Shown here: positions 9,785 to 19,247 of the stretch, piece after piece
How positions within the stretch are numbered: the stretch's first letter is position 1
Layout: each line of letters opens with the position of its first letter
From: a virus
Taxonomy: Duplodnaviria > Caudoviricetes
Strand: one strand, 5' to 3'
IMG/VR virus record: IMGVR_UViG_3300010047_000004
Span: 1-53,525 of that record
Length of the DNA: 53,525 nt
Program-made: the position numbers and the translations under genes
Notes under the pieces: generated by a model
The model's input: the letters and a program-made list of their open reading frames with translations, nothing else
The model's database searches: none
Told to the model about the DNA's origin: nothing

Positions 9785-10807
9785 ATGGCAGATCTTTTCT
9801 CGACAGACGTGCTGACAAGGGTCGTCGCCTCCTTGCTGGGCAACCCGCAGTTTCTGATCGACAGATACTTCGGCACGGTGCAAACCGAAACAAGCGAAGA
9901 CATTCACTTCGACACACTGGACGGCAAGCGGCGCATTAGTCCGTTTGTAAGTCCATTAGTCGAGGGTCAGATTGTAGCTTCGCTCAACTTCAAGACGGCA
10001 ACGTTCCGGCCCGCTTATGTGAAGGACAAAAGGGTGTTCGATATGAATCGTCCGCTGAAGCGCACTGCGGGCGAGCAGATCGGCGGCACGATGATGCCTG
10101 GGGACCGGCTGCGGCAGCTCATCGCCCGCGACTTACAAGACCAAGTAGATATGGTTCGCCGTCGCATGGAAGTGATGGCGAGTGAGGTATTGGTAACTGG
10201 TAAGTCAACCATCACGGGCGATAAGTATCCGACCGTCGTGCTGGACTTCGGTCGCGCCGCCGGTAACACCATCGTGGCCTCCACGTTGTGGAGCGTCTCG
10301 ACCGCAACGCCGCTCGATGACTTTCAGGATTGGTCGCAGATCGTCTTGCAGAGCACGGGCGTGCAGGTGACCGACGTCATCATGGGCGTGGATGTTTGGA
10401 AGGTCTTCCGCTCTCACCCCAACGTGAAGGACCGGCTGGCGTTGCAGCGGGTCTATCAGAACATGCCGACGATGACCCAGGACGCGCAGATCACCGAAGG
10501 CGGCGTGTACCAGGGCACCATCGACGGCTTCAATATTTTTGTCTATGCCGGTTGGTATGTCGATCCAGCCGACGGCGTGGAGAAACCCATTTTCCCGGCG
10601 CAGACCTGCGTGCTGACGTCAGCCGCGCTGGAAGGCGTGCAAGCCTACGGCGCCGTGCGCGACGAGCAGGCCGGTCTGCAAGCGGTCCAGTATTTCGTCA
10701 AAAGCTGGATCGAGGAAGATCCATCGGTGCGGTTCGTCATGCTGCAATCCGCGCCGCTGGTCGTGCCCTATCGCCCGAACGCGAGTTTCAAGGCGAAGGT
10801 GCTCTAG
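9785..10807 (+). CDS. Major capsid protein, lambda gpE family
   Basis: FLIDRYF, ISPFVSPLVEG, FRPAYVKDK, RRMEVMASEVL, DPSVRFVMLQSAPLVVP. Confidence 0.96.
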   Translation: MADLFSTDVLTRVVASLLGNPQFLIDRYFGTVQTETSEDIHFDTLDGKRRISPFVSPLVEGQIVASLNFKTATFRPAYVKDKRVFDMNRPLKRTAGEQIGGTMMPGDRLRQLIARDLQDQVDMVRRRMEVMASEVLVTGKSTITGDKYPTVVLDFGRAAGNTIVASTLWSVSTATPLDDFQDWSQIVLQSTGVQVTDVIMGVDVWKVFRSHPNVKDRLALQRVYQNMPTMTQDAQITEGGVYQGTIDGFNIFVYAGWYVDPADGVEKPIFPAQTCVLTSAALEGVQAYGAVRDEQAGLQAVQYFVKSWIEEDPSVRFVMLQSAPLVVPYRPNASFKAKVL

Positions 10808-10914
10808 TTTTGCTCGCGGCTCCATCGCCGGAGCCGTGGGTCAAATCCGGCGCATTCCCCGGAGCCACCCAGCCAGTTGCGGCGCCGGGGAATCGCGCAG
10901 GGAAGGAGGAATAG

Positions 10915-11229
10915 TTGGCGACGGCGTTCAATGCGTTCTTCGCGCCGGAACTATGGCAGGCCCTCCTGCCGGTGTTCGGACAGCAAGTCGAATATCGCAT
11001 CGGCGGCAATTCGCCGGGATTCATGATCTCCGCGATCTGGAAGGACGGCGCCGAAGACGAGGATCAATCGCCTGGGCGCTATTCGCATTTGTGGATTCAG
11101 AATGCGGACCTGCCCAGTGTGCCGGAGCGGGGCGATGCCGTCTTTCGCGACGGAGTGGAGTTCGACGTGGTGCGCGTGAACGAATACATCATCGGCTACA
11201 CCAGCGTCGTGCTCGTGGAGAAGCCGTAA
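10915..11229 (+). CDS. Head-tail joining protein (gpFII-like)
   Basis: AAGGAGG RBS with TTG start; FGQQVEY...PERGDAV.RDGVEFDVV beta-barrel pattern; position. Confidence 0.65.
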   Translation: MATAFNAFFAPELWQALLPVFGQQVEYRIGGNSPGFMISAIWKDGAEDEDQSPGRYSHLWIQNADLPSVPERGDAVFRDGVEFDVVRVNEYIIGYTSVVLVEKP

Positions 11230-11735
11230 TGGCGATTCCTGACTTCGCCGGAGAAGCGGCGGGTTATGCCGCCAAGGCTCGCCGGTTCTTCAAGTGGCAA
11301 CTGCGCATCAAGACCAAGCAGAGCGGCTACTTCAGACAGCCGCAACTCGCTGATCCGCAGATGCGTGCGATTGGCGAAGCGATGATCACGGCGCAGAAGG
11401 CACGCTGGTCAGTGGCGAAGGATGCTTACGGCAATCCGGCGCCCAAGCTCAAGACGCGCTACGCCATCGTCAAGCAGAAGGTCACCGGCAAGCGGGCGAT
11501 CCGCGACAACGTGCTGACCGGCATGCTGTCGTCCAACTTCACTTTGCGCAAGGCTTCGGGGAGACTGATCCGCGCAGAGAACACAGCGAAACAGGCTCGA
11601 GATCACGCTCGCCGCGCCCAGGGCTACGCGGAGATGATCGGCTTCGCGCCGGACGATCAGAACGTGGTGTTCCAGGCGGCGAACTCGCAGTACGGCGTGT
11701 ATCTCAAGAGAGGCTGGGTGACCGTGCGTGATTAG
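11229..11735 (+). CDS. Neck/tail completion protein
   Basis: Basic protein with KLKTRYAIVK...RDNVLTGML segment; ATG overlaps previous stop; position in connector cluster. Confidence 0.55.
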   Translation: MAIPDFAGEAAGYAAKARRFFKWQLRIKTKQSGYFRQPQLADPQMRAIGEAMITAQKARWSVAKDAYGNPAPKLKTRYAIVKQKVTGKRAIRDNVLTGMLSSNFTLRKASGRLIRAENTAKQARDHARRAQGYAEMIGFAPDDQNVVFQAANSQYGVYLKRGWVTVRD

Positions 11736-12183
11736 CCGTTCGGGTCTGATTACTGCGGTGGTGAGCACGCTCCAGTTGATCCCCGAACTGGTGGCCGCGC
11801 TGGAAGGCGATCCGGCCAACGTGTTCGGCTACATCGACGTGAACCCGCAGATGAACTCGCGGGCGCGGGCGATCTACCAGCAAGCCCCAGGGACCGTGAT
11901 GGTGTACTGGGACGAGACGACCATCACCGAAGGCGAGATGGAGGGCTGGCTCCACGTTCTGATGATCTTCATTCGCGCCAAGAAGGGAAGCTCGCCGCTG
12001 GACATTGGCGATCTCATCGTGAACGGCATTCCCGTACCGGGCGACGGGTTGCGCTGGCGGTTCTGCCCGGTCATGGACGGCGTCTTACCGGCGACTCTCA
12101 AGGAACTGGGTTGGACGCAAGACACTGAGGGAATCGATTACCTCTACATACGAACTGAAATCAAAGAATCAGGAGATGCGTAA
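11728..12183 (+). CDS. Putative tail terminator
   Basis: 151-aa acidic protein immediately before tail tube gene. Confidence 0.5.
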   Translation: MISRSGLITAVVSTLQLIPELVAALEGDPANVFGYIDVNPQMNSRARAIYQQAPGTVMVYWDETTITEGEMEGWLHVLMIFIRAKKGSSPLDIGDLIVNGIPVPGDGLRWRFCPVMDGVLPATLKELGWTQDTEGIDYLYIRTEIKESGDA

Positions 12184-12186
12184 CAC

Positions 12187-13299
12187 ATGGGCACCACAGT
12201 TGTAGATCCACCCGTCGAAACCGTGACGCCGATGGTGGGACCGACCAGTTGTCCCGCCAACGTCAGGGAGACAAAAATCGCCTTCGGCTTCAAGCCGCAA
12301 TCCGCCGTTCAAACCGAGAACTTGATTGCGGAGGTCTGGTCACTCACCAAGACCAACCCGGCGTTGATGGTCGTCAACCCGATTAACGAAACCGATGCGA
12401 TGGATATCGGGAAAGGCGATGAGTTTCCAACTCAGACATTCCCGTCTAACATCGACGCCGCCGTGACGATTGAGAAGTACGTCTCGTCGCAATTCATGGC
12501 ATGGTTGTTCTGCTTCACCACCGGCAATGCGACCAAGACAGCGGCGGGAACCGGCTTCACTTACGCGGCGACTCCCAGCGATCCGGTTGTGCAGTGCATC
12601 AACTTGCCGCCGTTCACGTTCGCGGAGCAGATCCGCACGCCGCCGGACTCAGTCATTGATCGCGCCGGTATCGGCTTCGTCGTCAACGACTGGACGCTCA
12701 CCATGCAGAGCGGTCCAGGCCGCGCCAACTGCACCATCAGCGTGAACTGCGTGGGGACCGGCAAGATGGCTTCGCCCAGCGGACTGACTCCATGGCCCGC
12801 AGTGACGAAGGAGAACTTCCTGAACGCGGCATCCGCGGCGATCAACATTGTGGGTCAGGACTACGTGTTGCAGCAGAGCTTCATCTCGTTGGAGCTTCGC
12901 TGGAACAACAACGTGCGTTTGCCCAGCGGTTACTTCCCAGGTAGCGGTACTTACCAGGGTTACGCCGTGCGCGGGCGCATGGAGTACGGCGACCGTGAGT
13001 GCGCGTTAACGTTCGTCGCCCGCGCATCCAAGGGAAGCGCGGAGTACAACGCTCTCGTTTCCTCGCCGCAGACCGAAGGTCCCGTGACTGTCACGGTGAC
13101 CGGCGCGATCATCGGCGCGGGGCCGGACACGCACAAGTTCACGGTGAACTTCCCGCGTGCGGTGTTCAGTGCAGTGACCAACGGCGAGGCCGACGGCATC
13201 GTGACCGTCAATTGCACGGTGACGCCGCTGAAGCCCACAACCGGCGCCTATGTGACTTTCTCCGCGACCACTGACAAGGACGCAATCCTGGGGCTGTAA
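12187..13299 (+). CDS. Major tail (tube) protein
   Basis: 370 aa, Thr/Gly-rich beta protein, LELRWNNNV motif, upstream of chaperone and tape measure genes. Confidence 0.8.
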   Translation: MGTTVVDPPVETVTPMVGPTSCPANVRETKIAFGFKPQSAVQTENLIAEVWSLTKTNPALMVVNPINETDAMDIGKGDEFPTQTFPSNIDAAVTIEKYVSSQFMAWLFCFTTGNATKTAAGTGFTYAATPSDPVVQCINLPPFTFAEQIRTPPDSVIDRAGIGFVVNDWTLTMQSGPGRANCTISVNCVGTGKMASPSGLTPWPAVTKENFLNAASAAINIVGQDYVLQQSFISLELRWNNNVRLPSGYFPGSGTYQGYAVRGRMEYGDRECALTFVARASKGSAEYNALVSSPQTEGPVTVTVTGAIIGAGPDTHKFTVNFPRAVFSAVTNGEADGIVTVNCTVTPLKPTTGAYVTFSATTDKDAILGL

Positions 13300-13309
13300 G
13301 GAGGCGCAT

Positions 13310-13468
13310 ATGTCGATTCTCACGCTGATGCTTCTCATCGCCGCATTGCTCTGCTTCCTGGCCGGGACTGTGCAGGTGCAGACGCCAGCCGCACGCCCGA
13401 TTAACTGGCAGTCGTTGGGGCTGACTCTGCTCACCATCGTTTTTCTCATCAATAACGCGAGGACTTGA
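13310..13468 (+). CDS. 52-aa two-transmembrane protein
   Basis: AAGGAGG RBS; MSILTLMLLIAALLCFLAG...WQSLGLTLLTIVFLINNART; too short for the supplied ORF track. Confidence 0.7.
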   Translation: MSILTLMLLIAALLCFLAGTVQVQTPAARPINWQSLGLTLLTIVFLINNART

Positions 13469-14077
13469 ATGTTCGATCTTAGCTGTGAGATTGCATTTGA
13501 AGCGCGTGTCGCTTCGACCGGCGGATCACCCCAGGAGGTCGTGCTGCGCTATCCGACCGATGCGGAGTGGATCGCTAGGGCGAAGGCCAGGAAGCTGATC
13601 ATCCGGCGCCTGGGGCGCGGCGTCAGCGAGACGGTCCTGCCGGAACCCGGCGAAGCGGAGGTCAAGCTCTATCAGGCCATCGCCATCAACGGCGCACCGG
13701 CCATGACGCCCGCAGAAGCGCAGAAGGTTCTGGAAACCATCGGCAACTGCGACGTGATCGGCGTGGAGCTTGAGGATAATGACGCCGAAGTGGAGGCCGT
13801 CATCCTAAACGGTCGCGTGAAGCACCGCATGAAACTGCCGACCGCTGATCAGGTGGTGAAGTTCCGCCGGTCGGCCTTCCGGCTTCTGGATCTACCGTTC
13901 AACCAGCAACAACTCGTCGTCACGCCGGAGGCCGGTGCGCGGCTCTACGACGAATGCGGCGGCAAGAGCGACGACTATCCGAAAGGGATACCGGCTATCC
14001 ACAAGGACGCCGTCGCCAGGGCGGTGATCGACTTCACCGACCGCTCGCTTGGACCTCGTGATGACGGAAATTTTTAG
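13469..14077 (+). CDS. Tail assembly chaperone (gpG-like)
   Basis: Between tube and tape measure; ends GGA AAT TTT TAG containing slippery A AAT TTT. Confidence 0.85.
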   Translation: MFDLSCEIAFEARVASTGGSPQEVVLRYPTDAEWIARAKARKLIIRRLGRGVSETVLPEPGEAEVKLYQAIAINGAPAMTPAEAQKVLETIGNCDVIGVELEDNDAEVEAVILNGRVKHRMKLPTADQVVKFRRSAFRLLDLPFNQQQLVVTPEAGARLYDECGGKSDDYPKGIPAIHKDAVARAVIDFTDRSLGPRDDGNF

Positions 14078-14433
14078 TCGGCGGGGACTGGCCGGAGCAG
14101 CCCTCTCCGCGCTTTATCTTTCACCGGCTCCTGAGACAGGGCAACCTGTGTCCCAGCCCGAAGTTGTGCCCGGAAGTGTTGACGGAGACGCCGGAGCCGG
14201 ACGACAACGTTTTGCCGTGCGAACTGTGTCCGCGAGTTCTCCTCAACGAATATTTGGCCTCTCCCAACGCAGCACTCCTGGCGTCAGTACTTGACCTTGA
14301 TTTCGCCCTCCAGGTGGGCATGGCGGTGACGATGGCGGAAGTGCCCTATCCAGTGTTCGTCTTGCTCCGGCAATTAGTCGAGGAACGCGACCGCTTCCGC
14401 CAGGAAGAGATGGAGCGGGCGAGGAAACGTTAG
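14068..14433 (+). CDS. Tail assembly chaperone frameshift extension (gpT part of gpGT)
   Basis: -1 frame from heptamer AAATTTT (14068-14074) is open (LVGGDWPEQPSPRF...) to the stop at 14433, adjacent to the tape measure start. Confidence 0.85.
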   Translation, partial: KFLVGGDWPEQPSPRFIFHRLLRQGNLCPSPKLCPEVLTETPEPDDNVLPCELCPRVLLNEYLASPNAALLASVLDLDFALQVGMAVTMAEVPYPVFVLLRQLVEERDRFRQEEMERARKR

Positions 14434-17400
14434 ATGGCAGCTTCCCAACGCATCACGCTGGAAGTTCAATTCAACTCAGCCGCCGCGCAGAAGGATGTTC
14501 AGAACTTAAACAAGTCCATCCGCGACACCGGCAAGGCTGGCGTCGAAGCCGGAGCCGAAGCTTCCAGCGGTTTCGCCAAGATCTCTGCCAGTGTCGAATC
14601 AGTGGGCGAAGATATCACGCGCCTGGGCAACGCATTCGCCGCAGCCGGAATTGCGAAAGGATTGAAGGAACTCATCGGCCTGGGCAATGACCTGTCGCGA
14701 GCCACCAGGGGCATTGAGGAGTTTGCCGGTGGAGCGGAAGCCCTGAAGGAATTACGCGAGTACACCAAATCAACCGGCGCCGGTTTCGATGAGATGGTTA
14801 CCGCGCTCAACAAGATGGTCCGATTGGGCGTGCCGATTGATGAGGCAATCCGCCGCATCAAGAATCTGGATGACGCCCTAGCGGCTGCGCATCTCCCGGT
14901 GTCTACGCTCAAGGAAGCACTGGAGGCCATTGACAAACTGGTCGTGAGCCCTAAGGTCAGCGGCAAGCAACTGAAGGGACTGTCGGACGAGTTGGGCATC
15001 CCGCTATTCCAGAAAATGCTGGAGGTGACCGGCAAGAGCGCCAGCGAAGTGAACAGCGAGATGAAGGAGTTCTCCGGTCCTCTCGCCGCCAAAATGATCA
15101 CCACGCTGATCGGCATGAACGTCCACGGTAGAGCCGCCAATGAATCGATCACAGATCTGGCGCGGCAGCAGAACAAGCTGAAGGATGCGGTTGGCGAAGT
15201 GGCGCTCTCGCTGAATCAGAACTTCGGTAAGGCCATCGGCAACGTACTTTCATTAGTAACTCACTTAGTCGAAGGAGTGAACGAGCTTGTTATCGCCATA
15301 GGTAAGTTGCCCCCGGTGTTGAAAGATTCGCTGGTTTATATTGCCAGCACGGCTCTCGCCGTGAAGAGCATCACCAGCATTTTTCGCCTCGTGCGATTCG
15401 GCTTGGGTATTGGCGCCCCGGCTGCGGCGGGAGTTGGAGCGGTAGCGGCTGGAGAAGCCGCCGTAGCTGCCGGAACCGCCGGAGCGCTTGCGGGAAGTTC
15501 ACTTAGCGGTTATGGCGCCCTGGGCATCCTGGGCACGACCGGCACGGCGACCGTGGGAGTCCCCGCAGCCGCCGCAGCCGCAACCACGAGCCTTACGGCC
15601 CTGGCGGTAGCAGCCGGTGGCATCGCTGCGGCGTTTGGCGCCATCACATTGGCGATCATCAATTACACCCGAGATATCAAGGACGTCAACAAAGATTTCT
15701 ATTCCGATTACGAGACGGCGAGGAGACGTCCAGGCGCGGGTGCGGGGCTCTATGGAGTCTATACCAGGGCTGGCGCCGACCCGGTCGAACTAGCCATGAT
15801 GGAAGAGGCTACGCGTAACCGCCGCTACGCGAACCTGCCGACCAATCGCCAAGAACGCGCCGCATATCGTCAGATGGCGCAGGCGTTTTCATCGCCCGCA
15901 TACATCCAGGGCGCCGGAGGCCTCCCTCTGTTCTTCCCGGCTGGGGCATCACCAGCAGAAGCGGCGCAAGCACGAGCCGAATACGAACAGGCGCGGCAAG
16001 AGAACGTCGTCAAGATGCGCGAGGAGACGGAGAACGCCAAACGGGAAGTGCTGGCGGCACAAGCGGAACTGGCGCGAGTCGGCAAGGAAGCCATCCTGGG
16101 AATCCCGTTTGAATTTGAAGCTGACGTCAGCCGCGTGAAAAAGAACGCCGATGCAATCGCGCAGTATCGCATCAAGGCCAATCTGAAGGTGGACGTCGAA
16201 CTCGCGAAGGCCGAAGAGGAACGCAAAAAGGACGAACTCAAGAACGCGGAGGAGGTCGCCCGCGCCACTCGCCAGCTAACCGTCGCCCAGGCGGAAGCCC
16301 GGTACGGCGAGGACACCATCAGCGGTCGGCAGAGAGTCGCGGAAGCGCGGGCGAAGGCCTACGAGCAGGATCTGGAGGCCGTCAAGAAGCTGGAGCAGGA
16401 CCGGATCGCGGAGCGGACGAAGGTGCTGGCCGAAGGCACTTTCCACGACCGGATGATTACCCTCGACGCCGCCAAGTTGACCAACGACCAACTCACCCAG
16501 GCCTTCCGCGAGATGCAAGCCGAACGTGACCGGATCTATGAGAAGGGCGAGCAGGAGAAAAAAGACAAGGCCATCCAGTACGACATTGCCATTGCCAAGC
16601 ACAGGATCGATGTCGAAAAAGAAACGCAGAACTTGCTGCTGGAGATGGCGAAGAAACGGATCGAGGACGAAACCAACCTTGCTGTCGCGGCGCTTACCCA
16701 GGTGTCGGCGTACCGGACCACGGCTGCGGAACTCCGGCGTCCCAGGAATCTGGAAGAGCGCCTGGGGCAGATTCGGGATATCGAAGCGGAGCAGGTCTAC
16801 TTCACGCGGAAACAAGTCGAACTGCAAAAGCAAGCCAATCTCGATTACGTCGAATGGTTCAAGGACACCCACACCAAAGCGGTCGAACAGGCCCAGGAGT
16901 TGACCGACGAGGCGCGGCGTCAGAATGAAATCCTCGACATTCAATCCAATACCCGCGTGCAGGAGGCGCGGTTTGAACGCTGGCGCCAGACCAACGAAGC
17001 TATCCTGGCCGACCAGCAAGAGATGTACGGACAGTTGCTCTCGTTCACTGATCAGTTCTGGAATGCGCTGACGGATCGGTCGCACTCCGTCTGGCAGAAC
17101 ATCGGCAATGCGATCAAGAGCGCATTCAGCAATGCGCTGAAAGGTTTCGTCACGTCACGGCTCGCCGGATTCCTGCAAGAGACGTTCGGCGGCGGTCATG
17201 TGGAGTTCACCGGCAACTGGCTCGATAGACTCCTGGGACGCAAGCCTTACTTTGAAGGCAGTAAGGAAGCTATGCCAGCGCTCGCGATGCAGCAAGCTGG
17301 CGCATCGCTGACTTATTCCGGCGTGGCGCTCTACAACGCGGCAAACAACCTGGATCTGGCGGCGAATGCTCTCATTGCGGCGGCGAATCAACAAATGCTC

Positions 17401-18654
17401 GCGAGCGGCGACACTCCCGGTGGTCCACGCCTCGTCGCCGGAGGATCGGGTATCGGCGGCATCATTCACGACGACGGCCAGGGAGACGCCCAGCGCATGA
17501 TGGATGATCTCTCCACCATGCCGACCTACGACATTGCGAACCTGCCGAGGACGACGCCACTGCCCTCAGTGCTCTCGACCATCGGAATGCCCGGTATGCC
17601 CCGCACGACGCGCCTGGGCGGCTTCCTAGGATCGCTGAAAAAAATATGGAGTGGCATCAAGGGCAGCTTCGACATTGGCAAGCCAATCGGCGGGGTTGAT
17701 TGGTCGCAAGCAACAATCTGGCAGAAGGCTGGCGCCATCCTGAAGTCCACCGGCATGGCTAACATCATGGCACTGGCGGGCGGCGCGTTATTGATGGGCG
17801 GCTTGGGCGCCAAGACCGGCGCGGGACAGTTGACGCAGACAGCCATCGGCGGCGCCTTGCTGGGCGCGAGCGTTGGCTCGCAGATCGCCAAGAATCTTCC
17901 GGGGTTGGGATTCGGCATAGGCAAGGGCGCCATCGCCGGAACCGGCGCGGGACTGGTCGCATTCGGGATGAAGCGCGGCGGGTTGACCGGCCTGGGCTCA
18001 TCCATTGCCGGTGGAGCGATGCTGGGCGCAACCATCGGCTCGATCATCCCAGGGGTCGGCACGCTGATCGGCGCCGCTGTCGGCGCAGCCGCCGGAGCCG
18101 TTGCCGGAGCCATCCGCATGCTCGTCCCAGGTTTTCTGTCGCAGGTCCGCGACCGGATCTTCCAGGCGTATCACGTGATCATTCCAGACCAAGGCGTGTT
18201 GCAAAGCATCGCGGATATCATCAACCAGAAATATGGCGGCAAGATCTCAACCGGCATCTACTCAACCGAAGTGCAGGAGATCGTCCGCGCTTACGCCATC
18301 TCATCCGGCCAGACGCACGCCGCGCTACCCAGGCCGATGTATCCCGCGACTTTCGCGCAGAGTGCGACCGGAGGCTTGCAATTACAGCCGGTTTATTCCA
18401 GTGGGCAATTGGTCGCGAGCCCATACACGGGTGCGACCACGACGCAGTATGCGCAAGCGCTCACGCCCGCGCCGCCGCTGTACTTGCAGTTGAATCCTGG
18501 GCAAGCGAACGCATTACTGGAGGGGAGAGTCGTGAACGCCATCGCCAGCAATCCCGGCGCTGTCGGCGCCGCGAACACGACGGCGGCGGTAACCGGCGTG
18601 AACAGGACGCGGCAATCTAGTGCGTTGCTGGAGCCGCTCACGGTGACGCGATGA
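14434..18654 (+). CDS. Tail tape measure protein
   Basis: 1406 aa, helical Ala/Gly-rich and coiled-coil segments, GAAVGAAAG hydrophobic repeats, follows G/GT. Confidence 0.92.
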   Translation: MAASQRITLEVQFNSAAAQKDVQNLNKSIRDTGKAGVEAGAEASSGFAKISASVESVGEDITRLGNAFAAAGIAKGLKELIGLGNDLSRATRGIEEFAGGAEALKELREYTKSTGAGFDEMVTALNKMVRLGVPIDEAIRRIKNLDDALAAAHLPVSTLKEALEAIDKLVVSPKVSGKQLKGLSDELGIPLFQKMLEVTGKSASEVNSEMKEFSGPLAAKMITTLIGMNVHGRAANESITDLARQQNKLKDAVGEVALSLNQNFGKAIGNVLSLVTHLVEGVNELVIAIGKLPPVLKDSLVYIASTALAVKSITSIFRLVRFGLGIGAPAAAGVGAVAAGEAAVAAGTAGALAGSSLSGYGALGILGTTGTATVGVPAAAAAATTSLTALAVAAGGIAAAFGAITLAIINYTRDIKDVNKDFYSDYETARRRPGAGAGLYGVYTRAGADPVELAMMEEATRNRRYANLPTNRQERAAYRQMAQAFSSPAYIQGAGGLPLFFPAGASPAEAAQARAEYEQARQENVVKMREETENAKREVLAAQAELARVGKEAILGIPFEFEADVSRVKKNADAIAQYRIKANLKVDVELAKAEEERKKDELKNAEEVARATRQLTVAQAEARYGEDTISGRQRVAEARAKAYEQDLEAVKKLEQDRIAERTKVLAEGTFHDRMITLDAAKLTNDQLTQAFREMQAERDRIYEKGEQEKKDKAIQYDIAIAKHRIDVEKETQNLLLEMAKKRIEDETNLAVAALTQVSAYRTTAAELRRPRNLEERLGQIRDIEAEQVYFTRKQVELQKQANLDYVEWFKDTHTKAVEQAQELTDEARRQNEILDIQSNTRVQEARFERWRQTNEAILADQQEMYGQLLSFTDQFWNALTDRSHSVWQNIGNAIKSAFSNALKGFVTSRLAGFLQETFGGGHVEFTGNWLDRLLGRKPYFEGSKEAMPALAMQQAGASLTYSGVALYNAANNLDLAANALIAAANQQMLASGDTPGGPRLVAGGSGIGGIIHDDGQGDAQRMMDDLSTMPTYDIANLPRTTPLPSVLSTIGMPGMPRTTRLGGFLGSLKKIWSGIKGSFDIGKPIGGVDWSQATIWQKAGAILKSTGMANIMALAGGALLMGGLGAKTGAGQLTQTAIGGALLGASVGSQIAKNLPGLGFGIGKGAIAGTGAGLVAFGMKRGGLTGLGSSIAGGAMLGATIGSIIPGVGTLIGAAVGAAAGAVAGAIRMLVPGFLSQVRDRIFQAYHVIIPDQGVLQSIADIINQKYGGKISTGIYSTEVQEIVRAYAISSGQTHAALPRPMYPATFAQSATGGLQLQPVYSSGQLVASPYTGATTTQYAQALTPAPPLYLQLNPGQANALLEGRVVNAIASNPGAVGAANTTAAVTGVNRTRQSSALLEPLTVTR

Positions 18655-18848
18655 GTTACTGCACTTCTTACGGTTGTGCTCTTGTAACGCCACGATGATA
18701 AACGACATGATACAGACGCCGAAGATCATGCCCATCCAGCAATCGAGACTTTCGTCCCAGGGGAAAATGCCCATAAGCATAGCCTCTCATCGCATCACGC
18801 GCCCGCACGCGAGGTCAATAGCATTTCACCCCAACTTGAGGTTGCAAT

Positions 18849-19247
18849 TTGCCGGGTAATGTGGGTCCAGGCAATCCGACCGAAGTCATGCCATGGGTGC
18901 TCTGCGCGGCGTTCACCGAAGAACTGCGCTATGAGGCATATGTCGATTCCTACATGGATGGCAGTTCGGATCGCGCCGCCCTGATGACCAACCCGCGACA
19001 CTTTTTCCGCATGACGCAGAAGCTCAAGCCCGCGCAATACACCACGCTCTTCAATTTCTACAAGGCGCATCTCGTGAAGGCGTTCTGGTTCTATAACGTT
19101 TTTGAAACTCCGAACTTCACTTACGATCCGACCGGCGCCAATCCAGTGGGACGTTACTGCGTCGTCTTCGACGGATCGTTCAACGATCAGATCGCACTCG
19201 CCCGGTCCCAGGCCTCATTCGGCCTCCGCGAGGTCTACACGTCGTGA
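18849..19247 (+). CDS. Distal tail protein (gpM/Dit-like)
   Basis: Follows tape measure; YTTLFNFYKAH..KAFWFY pattern; TTG start after GAGGT. Confidence 0.6.
   Translation: MPGNVGPGNPTEVMPWVLCAAFTEELRYEAYVDSYMDGSSDRAALMTNPRHFFRMTQKLKPAQYTTLFNFYKAHLVKAFWFYNVFETPNFTYDPTGANPVGRYCVVFDGSFNDQIALARSQASFGLREVYTS

Noticed and set aside
10813-10900. Hairpins after the major capsid gene as a novel ncRNA
   Set aside because: Position is typical of a stabilising or attenuating structure after capsid genes; no recognisable family motif
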